The notes below the pieces were generated by a model. The model had not been told where the DNA came from. It ran no database searches and saw only the letters and a program-made list of their open reading frames with translations. A program made the position numbers and the translations under genes. Positions 1-8,522 of a stretch of DNA of 51,699 bases are shown here, one piece after another. The stretch spans positions 1 to 51,699 of the forward strand of contig CALMZR010000175.1 in NCBI GenBank assembly GCA_937870845.1, given 5' to 3'. The stretch's first letter is position 1. The number at the start of each line of letters is the position of its first letter. The DNA is from an uncultured Chloroflexota bacterium (GTDB lineage Bacteria; Chloroflexota; Chloroflexia; Thermomicrobiales; UBA6265).

Positions 1-833
1 CGGAAATAGTTGCGCGGCGTCGACATCGTGGTGCCCCGCTCGGGGGAGGGGGGCTGGGCGCCGAGGCCGATGAAGGAGAGGGAGCTGGTGGCGAGGATGG
101 CGTAGCCGACATCGAGGGTGAGCTGGATGATGATGACGGAGATGGCGTTGGGGAGGATGTGGCGGAGGAGGAGGCGGGGCCCGGAGAGGCCGATGCTTTC
201 GGCGGCGGTGACGTAGTCGCGCTCGCGGATGGAGAGGATCTGGCCGCGGACGAGGCGGGCGTACCAGGGCCAGAAGACGGTGGCGAGCGCGATCATGGTC
301 CAGTGCAGCTCGCGGCCGAGCGAGGCGGCGATGGCGATAGCGAGGATGAGCGCGGGGAAGGCGAGGAACATGTCGGTGAAGCGCATGAGGACTTCGTCGA
401 CGATGCCGCCAAAGTAGCCGGCGACGGCGCCGACGAGGGTGCCGAAGATGACGGCGAAGCTGAGGACGACCGCGGCCACCTGCAGGCTAATACGGGCGCC
501 GGTCATGACGCGGCTCAGGAGGTCGCGGCCGAGCTCGTCGGTGCCCATGGGGTGGGCGAGGGAGGGGGCGAGGAGCTTGGAGCCGGTAATGTCCTGGGCG
601 TAGGGATCGTGCGGGGCGAGGGCCTGGCCGAAGATGGCGAGGACGGCGAAGACGACGACGATGATCAGCCCGACGAGGTTGAGCTTGTTGCCGATGAGGA
701 AGCGTTGAAGATTGCGGCGCATCTGGCTCTGGCCGGATGCGGCGGCGCGCAGACCGGGCATCTCGGCCGCGGAAAAATCTCCGGGGTAGGCGACGGCGGC
801 CTGCTCAGGTCCGACGGCGGTCTCGGCGCTCAT
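1..833 (-). CDS. Peptide/nickel ABC transporter permease, DppC/OppC family (3' end runs off the window)
   Basis: Hand translation from ATG at 833, which overlaps the upstream stop (TGATG): ...HPMGTDELGRDLLSRVMTGARISL...DEVLMRFTDMFLAFPALILAIA...WYARLVRGQILSIRERDYVTAAESIG...HILPN. These are typical DppC motifs. Absent from the ORF track because no stop falls in the window. Confidence 0.93.
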   Translation of the reverse strand, partial: MSAETAVGPEQAAVAYPGDFSAAEMPGLRAAASGQSQMRRNLQRFLIGNKLNLVGLIIVVVFAVLAIFGQALAPHDPYAQDITGSKLLAPSLAHPMGTDELGRDLLSRVMTGARISLQVAAVVLSFAVIFGTLVGAVAGYFGGIVDEVLMRFTDMFLAFPALILAIAIAASLGRELHWTMIALATVFWPWYARLVRGQILSIRERDYVTAAESIGLSGPRLLLRHILPNAISVIIIQLTLDVGYAILATSSLSFIGLGAQPPSPERGTTMSTPRNYF

Positions 834-1840
834 CAGTAGGAAATCCTGGGGTCGAGGAAGAGGTAGAGGATATCGACGAGGAGGTTCATGAGGACGAAGA
901 CGAGGGCGATGACGAGCGTCGTGGCCATGGTGGCGTTGTAGTCGAGGCGCTGGATGGCTTCGACGGCATAGCGGCCGATCCCCGGCCAGGAGAAGACGAT
1001 CTCGACCAGGAAGGCGCCGGAGAGGAGGAGGCCAATCTGCAGGCCGAGGGAGGTGACGGTGGGGAGCATGGCGTTCTTGACGGCGTGACCGAAGATGACG
1101 GTCCGCGGCGAGATGCCTTTTGCCCTGGCGGTGCGGATGTAATCCTGGTTCAGGACTTCGAGCATGCCGCCGCGGACCATGCGGGTGATGACCGCCAGGG
1201 AGCCGTAGGCGAGGACGGTGGCCGGCATGATGAGGTGGAGGAGCGACGTGCGAAGCAGGTCCCAGTCGCGAGCGACGATCGAGTCGAGGATGTACATGCC
1301 GGTCAGGGTCGGCGGCGCGTCCATGCCGATGGGGATGCGGGCGCCGTCGGGGAGCCAGCCGAGGCGGCCGAAAAAGACGAACTGGGCCATGATCGCCAGC
1401 CAGAAGACGGGGAGGGCCAGACCGGAGATGGAGACGAAGCGGGCGACGTGGTCGGGCAGCTTGTCGCGGCGCACCGAGGAGACGATGCCGAGGGGGATGC
1501 CGATGAGGGTTGCCATGACGAAGGCGACGGCGCCGAGCTCGATGGTGGCCGGGAGATAGCGCTTGAGGTCTTCGGAGACGGGGCGGCGGGTGGTGAACGA
1601 CGTGCCGAGGTCGCCATGGGCGAGGTTGGTCACGTAGGTGACGTACTGCTGGGGCAGCGGGTCATTGAGGCCGTATTGCTCGCGGATCTTGTCGACGGTA
1701 CTCTGGCTCGCGCGGGGCCCGGCCATCAACCGGGCCGGGTCGCCGGGGATGATGTGCGACAAGCCGAAGGTTAGCAGCGATAGTCCGAAGAGGACGAAGA
1801 CGAGGAAGAGGAGTCTGCGGACGATCAGCCTCACCAGCAT
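833..1840 (-). CDS. Peptide/nickel ABC transporter permease, DppB/OppB family
   Basis: IPGDPARLMAG, YGLNDPLPQQY, GDLGTSF, YLPATIEL, EAA loop DYIRTARAKG, VEIVFSWPGIG, DILYLFLDPRI. Start moved to ATG 1840 (MLVRLIVRRLL). Confidence 0.95.
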   Translation of the reverse strand: MLVRLIVRRLLFLVFVLFGLSLLTFGLSHIIPGDPARLMAGPRASQSTVDKIREQYGLNDPLPQQYVTYVTNLAHGDLGTSFTTRRPVSEDLKRYLPATIELGAVAFVMATLIGIPLGIVSSVRRDKLPDHVARFVSISGLALPVFWLAIMAQFVFFGRLGWLPDGARIPIGMDAPPTLTGMYILDSIVARDWDLLRTSLLHLIMPATVLAYGSLAVITRMVRGGMLEVLNQDYIRTARAKGISPRTVIFGHAVKNAMLPTVTSLGLQIGLLLSGAFLVEIVFSWPGIGRYAVEAIQRLDYNATMATTLVIALVFVLMNLLVDILYLFLDPRISY

Positions 1841-1901
1841 GCCGAATCCTTTATGGCCGGCGGCGACGCGCAGCCAGAGTCCGCGGAATGGATGACGCGG
1901 T

Positions 1902-3623
1902 TCAGGATGACGCCCTCGACATGCCGTAGAAGTTGAAGCTGTCGAGGTAGAGCGGATTCGGCACGAAGCCCTGGATGTTCGCGCCAAGGACGGTGTAACG
2001 GATGATCTGCCCGTAGTAGATCGCCGGCGGATCCTGCTCGGTCAGGATGTTCTGCGCTTCGATCATCAGTTCGGCGAGGCGCTCCTCGTCTTCGTAGTTT
2101 TCGGCCTCGGCCATGATCTCTTCGAAGCGAGGGTTGACCCAGGCCCCTGCGTTCGAGCCGCCGTTGCCGATGTTCGCCTCCGTGAAGTTCGGCCAGAGCT
2201 GGTTCCAGGGATCATTGTAGTCAGGCCACCAACCCCAGCCGCCGATGATGTGCGGCTTTTCTTCGGCCGGGGCGTCTCCGAAGATGGTCGACTCGACGGT
2301 CGCGTAGTCGACGGCAAGGATCTCCAGGCCAAACCCCATTTGCTGGATATTCGCCTGGAACAACTGGGCGATGGTCTGCTCGCGCTCGTCGTTGGCGTCG
2401 ACCATGTACTCGAAGACGTCCCCCTCGGCGAAGCCCCCGGCGATGACGAGCTCCCTGGCCCGGTCAAGGTCGGTGGGGTAGACGAAGACATCGGGGTCGT
2501 ACCCGCGCACGCCCTCGGCGATTGGACCCGAGCGCTGCAACAGACCCTGGAAGACGACGTTCTGGACCTCGTCGTACGGAAAGGCATACGACAAGCCCTG
2601 GCGGACCTCCGGCGTCAGCAGCCGAGGAGCGTTCAGGATCGCCCAACTCACCGCGGACGACGGATACTCGACGACCTGGAGGGCGGGGTTGTCGCGCATG
2701 GCGGCGACGGCATCGACGGTCAGATTGAAGGCCGCTGCGTCCGCTTCGCCGCGTTCCAGGAGCTGGCGGCGAGTCGAGTCTTCGGGTACGACACGGAAGA
2801 TGATCTGATCGAAATGGTTGCCGTCCCAACCGCGGTGGTACCCCTCGTAGCGGCTCAGCACCAACCCTTCGTTGATCGAATTGGATTCCAGGATGTAGGG
2901 GCCGCTGCCGACGGCGAAGGTTCTTGCCCACTCGTGGGCGTAGGGATCCTCCTCCGTGGCATTTTCGGCGATGGCCGTCGGACTGATAACCGATGGGCCG
3001 TAGGAGGAGGCCATCGCCGCGAGGAAGAGCGGTTGCGGGCTGCCGAGGTTGAAGCGGAGCGTGGTGTCGTCGACCACCTCCATCTTGTCGGGCGAATCGC
3101 AAAAGCGGGTAATGACGTTGACCGGCGATCCTTCGAGCTCAATCCAGCGGGTATAGGAGTCCTTGACGGCCTGGGCGTTGGCCGGAGTCTCGTCCTGGAA
3201 GAGCACATCGGGATAGAGCTTGAACGTGTAGGTCGACTGGTCCTCGCTGACCTCCCACGACTCGGCCAGCATCGGCTCGAACTCGTCGGTGCTTTCGCCC
3301 TTGAGCGTGACCAAGCCCTCGTAGACCGCGAGCGCAACGGTCGACGACAGCGTCGAGTACGAGTAGTGGGGATCGATGTCCTCGGTTCCCGAGGTGATGA
3401 TCACCTGAAGGGCGCCGCTGGATTCTTGCCGCGCGGGCAGCGCCGCCGGATCCTTGGAAGGAGCCGCCGGAGCCGCCACGACGCTCCGAGGCGCCGCGTC
3501 GATCAAGGAGGCGATGATGGGAGAGGCGAGACCGAGGCGCAGCCCCGTCTCAAGAATCTGGCGACGGCTCAACTTCCCCGACCGAGCGAGCGCGAAGAGC
3601 CGATTGAAATGGGCGTCGTTCAC
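1902..3623 (-). CDS. ABC transporter substrate-binding protein, family 5 (DppA/OppA-like), Tat signal
   Basis: IDPH, VYEGLV, PMLAESWEVSEDQSTYTFKL, VGSGPY, EVRQGLSYA motifs. GTG at 3623 with GGAGG 7 nt upstream; twin-arginine-like LSRRQIL. Confidence 0.93.
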   Translation of the reverse strand: MNDAHFNRLFALARSGKLSRRQILETGLRLGLASPIIASLIDAAPRSVVAAPAAPSKDPAALPARQESSGALQVIITSGTEDIDPHYSYSTLSSTVALAVYEGLVTLKGESTDEFEPMLAESWEVSEDQSTYTFKLYPDVLFQDETPANAQAVKDSYTRWIELEGSPVNVITRFCDSPDKMEVVDDTTLRFNLGSPQPLFLAAMASSYGPSVISPTAIAENATEEDPYAHEWARTFAVGSGPYILESNSINEGLVLSRYEGYHRGWDGNHFDQIIFRVVPEDSTRRQLLERGEADAAAFNLTVDAVAAMRDNPALQVVEYPSSAVSWAILNAPRLLTPEVRQGLSYAFPYDEVQNVVFQGLLQRSGPIAEGVRGYDPDVFVYPTDLDRARELVIAGGFAEGDVFEYMVDANDEREQTIAQLFQANIQQMGFGLEILAVDYATVESTIFGDAPAEEKPHIIGGWGWWPDYNDPWNQLWPNFTEANIGNGGSNAGAWVNPRFEEIMAEAENYEDEERLAELMIEAQNILTEQDPPAIYYGQIIRYTVLGANIQGFVPNPLYLDSFNFYGMSRASS

Positions 3624-3936
3624 AGGAGATCCTCCACGCTGGACGCCGACGTCGCCAGTCGCGGCGACACGGCGGCCCGCCGCTGCCGACCACCGTTCCA
3701 CTGCCATCGCGTCGTCTTCATCTGAAACATGGCGCCCAGCATACTCGTCACGACCGTGGACAGGCGAGAATGCTATGTCCGTGGCATCACCCCGCGCAAG
3801 CTGACGCCTCCAAGCAGGCGCGGGGTTCGGCGACACCTGGATTGATCGCGATTTCCGACCGATCCAAGGAGTTCTGGCGTACGCGCTCTGGGCGCGGTGA
3901 TGAACGGAGAGCGGACCTGGGCCTTCCACTCGCCAG

Positions 3937-4009
3937 GTAGGTCGTTATGGCTTTTTGGGGCCTCTGCTGTCGGCCTGAGGCCGACGGGCGCGGCAAGCGG
4001 CGCCCCTAG
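3937..4009. repeat. GTAG-type REP-like element, family B copy 1 (73 nt)
   Basis: GTAGGT...CTGTCGGCCTGAGGCCGACGGGCGCGGCAAGCGGCGCCCCTAG; the right part is near-identical to 6850-6892. Confidence 0.75.
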
Positions 4010-4055
4010 GAGCGGGCGTGGCATAGCCGCCGTCCAGTAAGCCGCGACCACCTGC

Positions 4056-5288
4056 TTAGGCGCGTCCCTCGCGTAGCTCAGACTTTGCAACGTCGCCAAT
4101 GATGCGGATGCCCGGCTCGATGAGGTCGTCTGCGACGAAGGAGAACGACAGGCGGATCTGATTTTGGCCTGTCGCCTCGGAGTAGCAGGCCGGACCCGGG
4201 AGGTATTCGACGCCGAGCTCCTGCGCCTGAGGGAGCATCCGCTGGGCGTCGATTGCTTCGGGCAGCGTGACCCAGATGAAGAAGCCGCCGTCGGGCACGG
4301 TCCAGGTCGTGCCGGGCGGCATGTGCCGATCCAGCGCGGCCAGCATGAGGTCGCGGCGGCGGTGATAGACCTTGCGCAGGCGGGCGACGTGGGGCAGCAG
4401 CCGCTCCGGGAGCCAGTCTGCCGCGACGTGGGCGCCGAAGACGTTCGTGCCGCCGTCAACCTTCAGGGACGAGACGCGGCGGATGAGGCTGGGCGGGCCG
4501 ACGAGCCAGCCGAGGCGCATGCCGGGGCCCATGGTCTTGGAGAGGGTGCCCATGTAGACGACGGAGCCGCTGTCGTCGAGCGAATAGATGGCGGGGAGGC
4601 GTTGGCCGTCGTAGCGGAGGTCGAAGTAGGCGTCGTCTTCGATGAGGAGCGTGCCGGCTTGACGGGTCAGCGCGAGGAGGTCTTTGCGGCGTTGCAAGGA
4701 CATGGTCGCGCCGGTCGGGTTCTGGAAGTTGGCGTTGGCGTAGATGAACTTCGGGGTGTTGCCCGCGGCGTGAAGGCGGTCGAGCTCGCGTGCGAGCGCC
4801 CGGACATCGATGCCTTCGGCGTCGATGGGGATGGAGACGATGTCGGCGCCCGTGGATTGGAAGGCCTGGACCGCGCCGAGCCAGGTCGGCATCTCGCTGA
4901 CGATGGCATCGCCCCAGTCGACGAGGGTGTCGAGGAGGAGGTCGATGGCCTGCGAGCCGCCGGCGGTGATGAGGATGTTATCGCGGCTGGCTTCGATTCC
5001 CTGGTCACGGCGAAGTTTGGCGAGGAGGGCGTCGATCAGGCCCGAGTAACCGGCGTTGTCGCCGTATTGAAGCGCGGCGTGACCGCGCTCGGCGAGGACT
5101 TTGGTGGTCGTGGCCGCGACTTCGGAGGCGGGAAGGGAGGCGGGGTCGGGGAAGCCGAAGATGAACGAGATGCGCTGGCCGACGCGGTCCATGCCCTGCA
5201 GGAGCGGGCCACCGCCAGCTTGCCGGGCGCGCCGGGAAAGCAAGGCTTCGATGTTCGTCTCGGGTGAGGTCTGCGTCTGAGGGGGCAT
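4056..5288 (-). CDS. PLP-dependent aminotransferase class I/II (LysN/aromatic aminotransferase-like)
   Basis: ISFIFGFPDP, ALQYG, ITAGGSQAIDL, NFQNPTG, IEDDAY, GTLSKTMGPGMRLGW (PLP lysine), GGFFIW, IRLSFS. Confidence 0.93.
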   Translation of the reverse strand: MPPQTQTSPETNIEALLSRRARQAGGGPLLQGMDRVGQRISFIFGFPDPASLPASEVAATTTKVLAERGHAALQYGDNAGYSGLIDALLAKLRRDQGIEASRDNILITAGGSQAIDLLLDTLVDWGDAIVSEMPTWLGAVQAFQSTGADIVSIPIDAEGIDVRALARELDRLHAAGNTPKFIYANANFQNPTGATMSLQRRKDLLALTRQAGTLLIEDDAYFDLRYDGQRLPAIYSLDDSGSVVYMGTLSKTMGPGMRLGWLVGPPSLIRRVSSLKVDGGTNVFGAHVAADWLPERLLPHVARLRKVYHRRRDLMLAALDRHMPPGTTWTVPDGGFFIWVTLPEAIDAQRMLPQAQELGVEYLPGPACYSEATGQNQIRLSFSFVADDLIEPGIRIIGDVAKSELREGRA

Positions 5289-5327
5289 GCGGTCTCCGTC
5301 CGGTTCTGGCGCGAGCGATGTCCGGGC

Positions 5328-5457
5328 ATTCTAGCGGGATCGCGCCCGCAATTCCTCATGGCGCGAGTTCCGCTTCGGCCGGGAAACTTGGTAATGCAGT
5401 GATTGTGCGTCGCGCCTAACGATCCGGACAGGACCGGGTCGGCGGCGATGCTAGAAT
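5328..5457. promoter_or_regulatory. Divergent promoter region with TAGAAT -10 boxes on both strands
   Basis: TG-C-TAGAAT (extended -10) at 5449-5457 on +, and ATTCTA at 5328-5333 (TAGAAT on -), each facing a gene start. Confidence 0.45.
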
Positions 5458-5515
5458 CGCTACCGTTATGAAACGGGGCCCCGGTGGTGGTTCCCCAGGT
5501 CAGGAGTCAGCCAAC

Positions 5516-6586
5516 ATGTCCAATGCACCGGCGGCGGTTCTGGAGCCGCCGCGCGCCATTCCTGGCGACGATATCTACGACATCACCATCATTGGGGCGG
5601 GGCCGACGGGGCAGTTCGCCGCGTTCTACGCCGGTTTGCGCGGGGCGCGAACGCAGGTGATCGACGCGCTGGAGGAGCCGGGCGGGGCGCTGACGGCGAT
5701 TTACCCGGAGAAGTACATCTACGACGTCATCGGCTTCCCCCGCGTGCTGGCGAAGGATTTCGTCGCTCATTGCGACATCCAGGCGCGGCAGGCCGACCCG
5801 ACGATCCGCCTCAACGAGCAGGTGCGCGAGCTGGAGGCGCTCCCGGACGGCCTCATCCGACTGGGCACGTCGAAAGGCGAGCGCTGGAGCCGGACGGTGA
5901 TCGTCTGCGCCGGGGTCGGCGCCTTCGAGCCGAAGCGATTGAACGTGCCGGGGTTGCGCGAATTGGAGGGGAAGGGCGTTCACTACTTCGCCAAGCGGGT
6001 AGAGGATTTTCGCGACAAGCACGTCGTCATCGTCGGCGGCGGCGATTCGGCGGTCGACTGGGCGGTGACGCTGGAGCCGGTGGCGGCGCAGGTGACGCTG
6101 ATCCACCGGTCCAAGTTCCGGGCGCACGAGGCGACGGTGCGCCAGCTCGAAGAGTCCACGGTCGATCTCAATTATCCCGGCTGCGAGATCACGGCGGTTC
6201 ACCAGAGTGAAGACGGCCGGCTTTCCGCGATCACCTTCAAGACCGCGGAGGGCGACGAGCGGACCATCCCCGCCGATGACCTCATTGTCGCCATCGGCTT
6301 CGTTGCAGACTTGGGCCCAATGAAAACGTGGGGTTTCGAGCTGCAACGCAATCAGATCGTGGCCGACAAGACGACAATGGAGACCGGCATCCCCGGGGTC
6401 TATGCGGCGGGCGACGTGGTGACGTATCCGGCGAAGTTCAAGCTGATCGTGACCGGGGCGGCGGAGGCAGTGACGGCGGTGAACCACGCTGTGACGTTTT
6501 ACGATCCAAAGGCTCGGCTCGACCCCGGCCACTCGACGAACATCATGGAAAAGCGGGAAAAGGCGGAGGCGGCGGCGGAGGGGTGA
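5516..6586 (+). CDS. Ferredoxin--NADP+ reductase, thioredoxin-reductase-like (YumC type)
   Basis: GAGPTG, YPEKYIYDV, GGGDSAVDWA, GVYAAGD, C-terminal PGHST; no TrxB CxxC. AGGAG precedes ATG 5516. Confidence 0.9.
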   Translation: MSNAPAAVLEPPRAIPGDDIYDITIIGAGPTGQFAAFYAGLRGARTQVIDALEEPGGALTAIYPEKYIYDVIGFPRVLAKDFVAHCDIQARQADPTIRLNEQVRELEALPDGLIRLGTSKGERWSRTVIVCAGVGAFEPKRLNVPGLRELEGKGVHYFAKRVEDFRDKHVVIVGGGDSAVDWAVTLEPVAAQVTLIHRSKFRAHEATVRQLEESTVDLNYPGCEITAVHQSEDGRLSAITFKTAEGDERTIPADDLIVAIGFVADLGPMKTWGFELQRNQIVADKTTMETGIPGVYAAGDVVTYPAKFKLIVTGAAEAVTAVNHAVTFYDPKARLDPGHSTNIMEKREKAEAAAEG

Positions 6587-6658
6587 CGGGGTGTCGGGTG
6601 ACGGGGAGGGATTCCAGGTTCTACTCCAACAGTCGAGTACCCTCTGACCCTATCACCT
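6581..6658. repeat. Heptamer (GGGTGWC) tandem/inverted repeat, degenerate
   Basis: GGGTGAC-G-GGGTGTC-GGGTGAC followed by degenerate reverse units (TGACCC, ATCACC); same unit as 22704-22777. Confidence 0.6.
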
Positions 6659-6810
6659 TAGCGGTACTTTGTGGGATTCAGCCAACGCGGCCAGATCGTG
6701 GTTCCGGATGCGTTCGGCCGGGATCGAAAATGGTGCATCCGTACGCCAGTGCGCCGGTCGCGACGACGGCCGGTCCCGTGCCAATCACCGGACTCCACAA
6801 ACTACCGCTA
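6659..6810. mobile_element. MITE-like element (148 bp) with terminal inverted repeats and flanking TA
   Basis: TTAGCGGTACTTTGTGG (6658-6674) and CCACAAACTACCGCTAA (6795-6811) are inverted with 1 mismatch; TA on both sides; internal hairpins; no credible CDS. Confidence 0.6.
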
Positions 6811-6819
6811 ATGCTCAAA

Positions 6820-6892
6820 GTAGGTTAAATCGTCGCTCTGGGAAGCCTCCTGTCGGCCTGCGGCCGACGGGCGCAGCAAGCGGCGCCCCCAC
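6820..6892. repeat. GTAG-type REP-like element, family B copy 2 (73 nt)
   Basis: GTAGGT...CTGTCGGCCTGCGGCCGACGGGCGCAGCAAGCGGCGCCCCCAC; same length and right arm as 3937-4009. Confidence 0.75.
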
Positions 6893-6945
6893 GATGGGAC
6901 GGGCGTAGCGGTGAGCCGACATTCCGTGGCCATCGCCGCACCCTG

Positions 6946-7935
6946 TCACCCGACGGGGAGGTCTTCGGCGATGGCGCGGGCGGTTTCGAGCCAGCGGGGG
7001 TCGGTGTCGTCGGGGACCGAGCAGCCGTTGGCGAGGATGAACTTGCGGCCGCCGGTCTGGGCGATGGCGTCGCGGGCTTCGGCTTCGATCTGGTCTTCGG
7101 GGCCTTTGTGGAGGGCGCCGAACTCGTTCCAGCCGCCCATCAGGCATTTGCTGGTTTTCACGCGCGCTTCGCGAAGGCTGGGGCCAGCGATGCGGTCGGA
7201 CCAGCTGAGGACCTGGACCGGGTAGTCGAGCGCCATATCGAACATCAGGTCCTTTTCGCCGTGGACGTGGAGGATGTTGAGCCAGCCGCTGGAGGCGCCG
7301 CGGAGGGCGATGAGGTCGTAGGGGCGGCCGAACTCGCGGTACTGCTGCTCGGTCATGATCGTGCGGGTGCAGCCCTGGAGGGCGAAGAAGACGCCGTCGG
7401 CGCCGGCGGCGACGATGTCGCGCAGGTGCGTGGCCAGGTTGTCGGCAATGATGGCCAACGCCTCGTGGAGGACGACGGGGTGCTCCTGCATATGGGCCAG
7501 GAACTGCTCGCGATCCCTGGCGGCGTACATCGCCTCGGCCAGCGGGCTGAAGACGGTCATCACGACGGGGGTGTCGAAGCCGAGCGTGTCGCGCAGAACG
7601 GCGACGGCTTCGGCGCGTTCGCGGAAGTAACGGGAGCGCAGGGGATCGATCGGCTCGAAGAGGCGCCAGTCGTCGACCGAGGAGATGGACTTCTTGGGGA
7701 ACGGGTAGGGGATGTCGGGCATGACCTTGGCGATGTCGAGATCGTATTCGTCGTCGAAGAAGCGGAGGGTGGCTTCGGCCATGGCGCGGCCGGAGCCTTC
7801 CGGCTGAAAGTGATGCCAGAAGCAGACCGGGACGCGATCGACGTCGCCGCCGTTGACGGCAGCCTGGACTCGTTCGAATCGGGTCATGTAGTCGACCGGC
7901 AGGCGTCGTGCGGCGTTGCCCGCGTTCTTGGCCAC
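6946..7935 (-). CDS. Uroporphyrinogen decarboxylase / MtbA-like methyltransferase family protein
   Basis: MTRFERVQAAVNG..VDRVPV, TVFSPL, AAGADGVFFA, QYREFGRPYD, ILHVHG, CLMGG, FILANGCSVP. GTG 7935 has an AAGGAG RBS (alternative ATG 7887). Confidence 0.85.
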   Translation of the reverse strand: MAKNAGNAARRLPVDYMTRFERVQAAVNGGDVDRVPVCFWHHFQPEGSGRAMAEATLRFFDDEYDLDIAKVMPDIPYPFPKKSISSVDDWRLFEPIDPLRSRYFRERAEAVAVLRDTLGFDTPVVMTVFSPLAEAMYAARDREQFLAHMQEHPVVLHEALAIIADNLATHLRDIVAAGADGVFFALQGCTRTIMTEQQYREFGRPYDLIALRGASSGWLNILHVHGEKDLMFDMALDYPVQVLSWSDRIAGPSLREARVKTSKCLMGGWNEFGALHKGPEDQIEAEARDAIAQTGGRKFILANGCSVPDDTDPRWLETARAIAEDLPVG

Positions 7936-8044
7936 GGCGAAGGCTCCTTGCTCGGTGCGGCAAATCGGCCGGGATCGTAGCATAGGGCGGAATGGGCGCT
8001 GAAGCGCTGGCTGCCGGTCGATTGATGCGGGGCTGATGCGAGTG

Positions 8045-8431
8045 ATGGAGGACAACAGCGGCGCGGAGCGAAATCTTGCCATCGTCCTCAATCGCGATCT
8101 CATGTTCGGATCGCGGATCCGGCATGCCCTAGCCGGGCTGGGGCTGCAAGCGCACTTCGCCCCGGATACGTCGCGGTTTGTTTCCATGCTAGAAGCCGAG
8201 GGGAGTGTGGCGGCGATTGGTATCCTCGACATGAATGGAGCCGTTGATTGGGAGGCCATTTCCGCGGCGCTGACCGGAACGGTCGATGCGCCGCCGACGC
8301 TTGCGTTCGGGCCTCATGTCGACGCGGAGAGTCGCCGGGCGGCGAAGGCGGCGGGCGTCACCCGCATCGTGTCAAACGGTCAGTTCCACAGCGACATGGC
8401 CGCGCTGATCGACCGCTATCGTCGAGGCTGA
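8045..8431 (+). CDS. Atypical single-domain CheY-like receiver protein
   Basis: Beta/alpha pattern IVLNRDLMFGSRIRHAL..G / GILDMN / TLAFGPH / RRAAKAAGVTRIV resembles a receiver fold; the acidic pocket and conserved Lys are degenerate. Confidence 0.6.
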   Translation: MEDNSGAERNLAIVLNRDLMFGSRIRHALAGLGLQAHFAPDTSRFVSMLEAEGSVAAIGILDMNGAVDWEAISAALTGTVDAPPTLAFGPHVDAESRRAAKAAGVTRIVSNGQFHSDMAALIDRYRRG

Positions 8432-8522
8432 GGCGCCGCCGGTCCACGCGTGCTACCCTGAACCGTCTTCTCACATCCCGCTCGTGCCTGATTTCCCCGC
8501 CAATGCTGGAAAGGGATTGCTC

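Noticed and set aside
1-45. DppC reads PPSPERGTTMSTPRNYF where PEWG.M...AR is expected
   Set aside because: Three odd substitutions in the first 45 nt of the sequence; more likely low-quality end sequence than biology, and untestable here.
3624-3936. Riboswitch in the long leader of the dppA-like gene
   Set aside because: I could not recognise any SAM, TPP, cobalamin, FMN or glycine consensus; an Rfam scan would be needed to exclude one fully.
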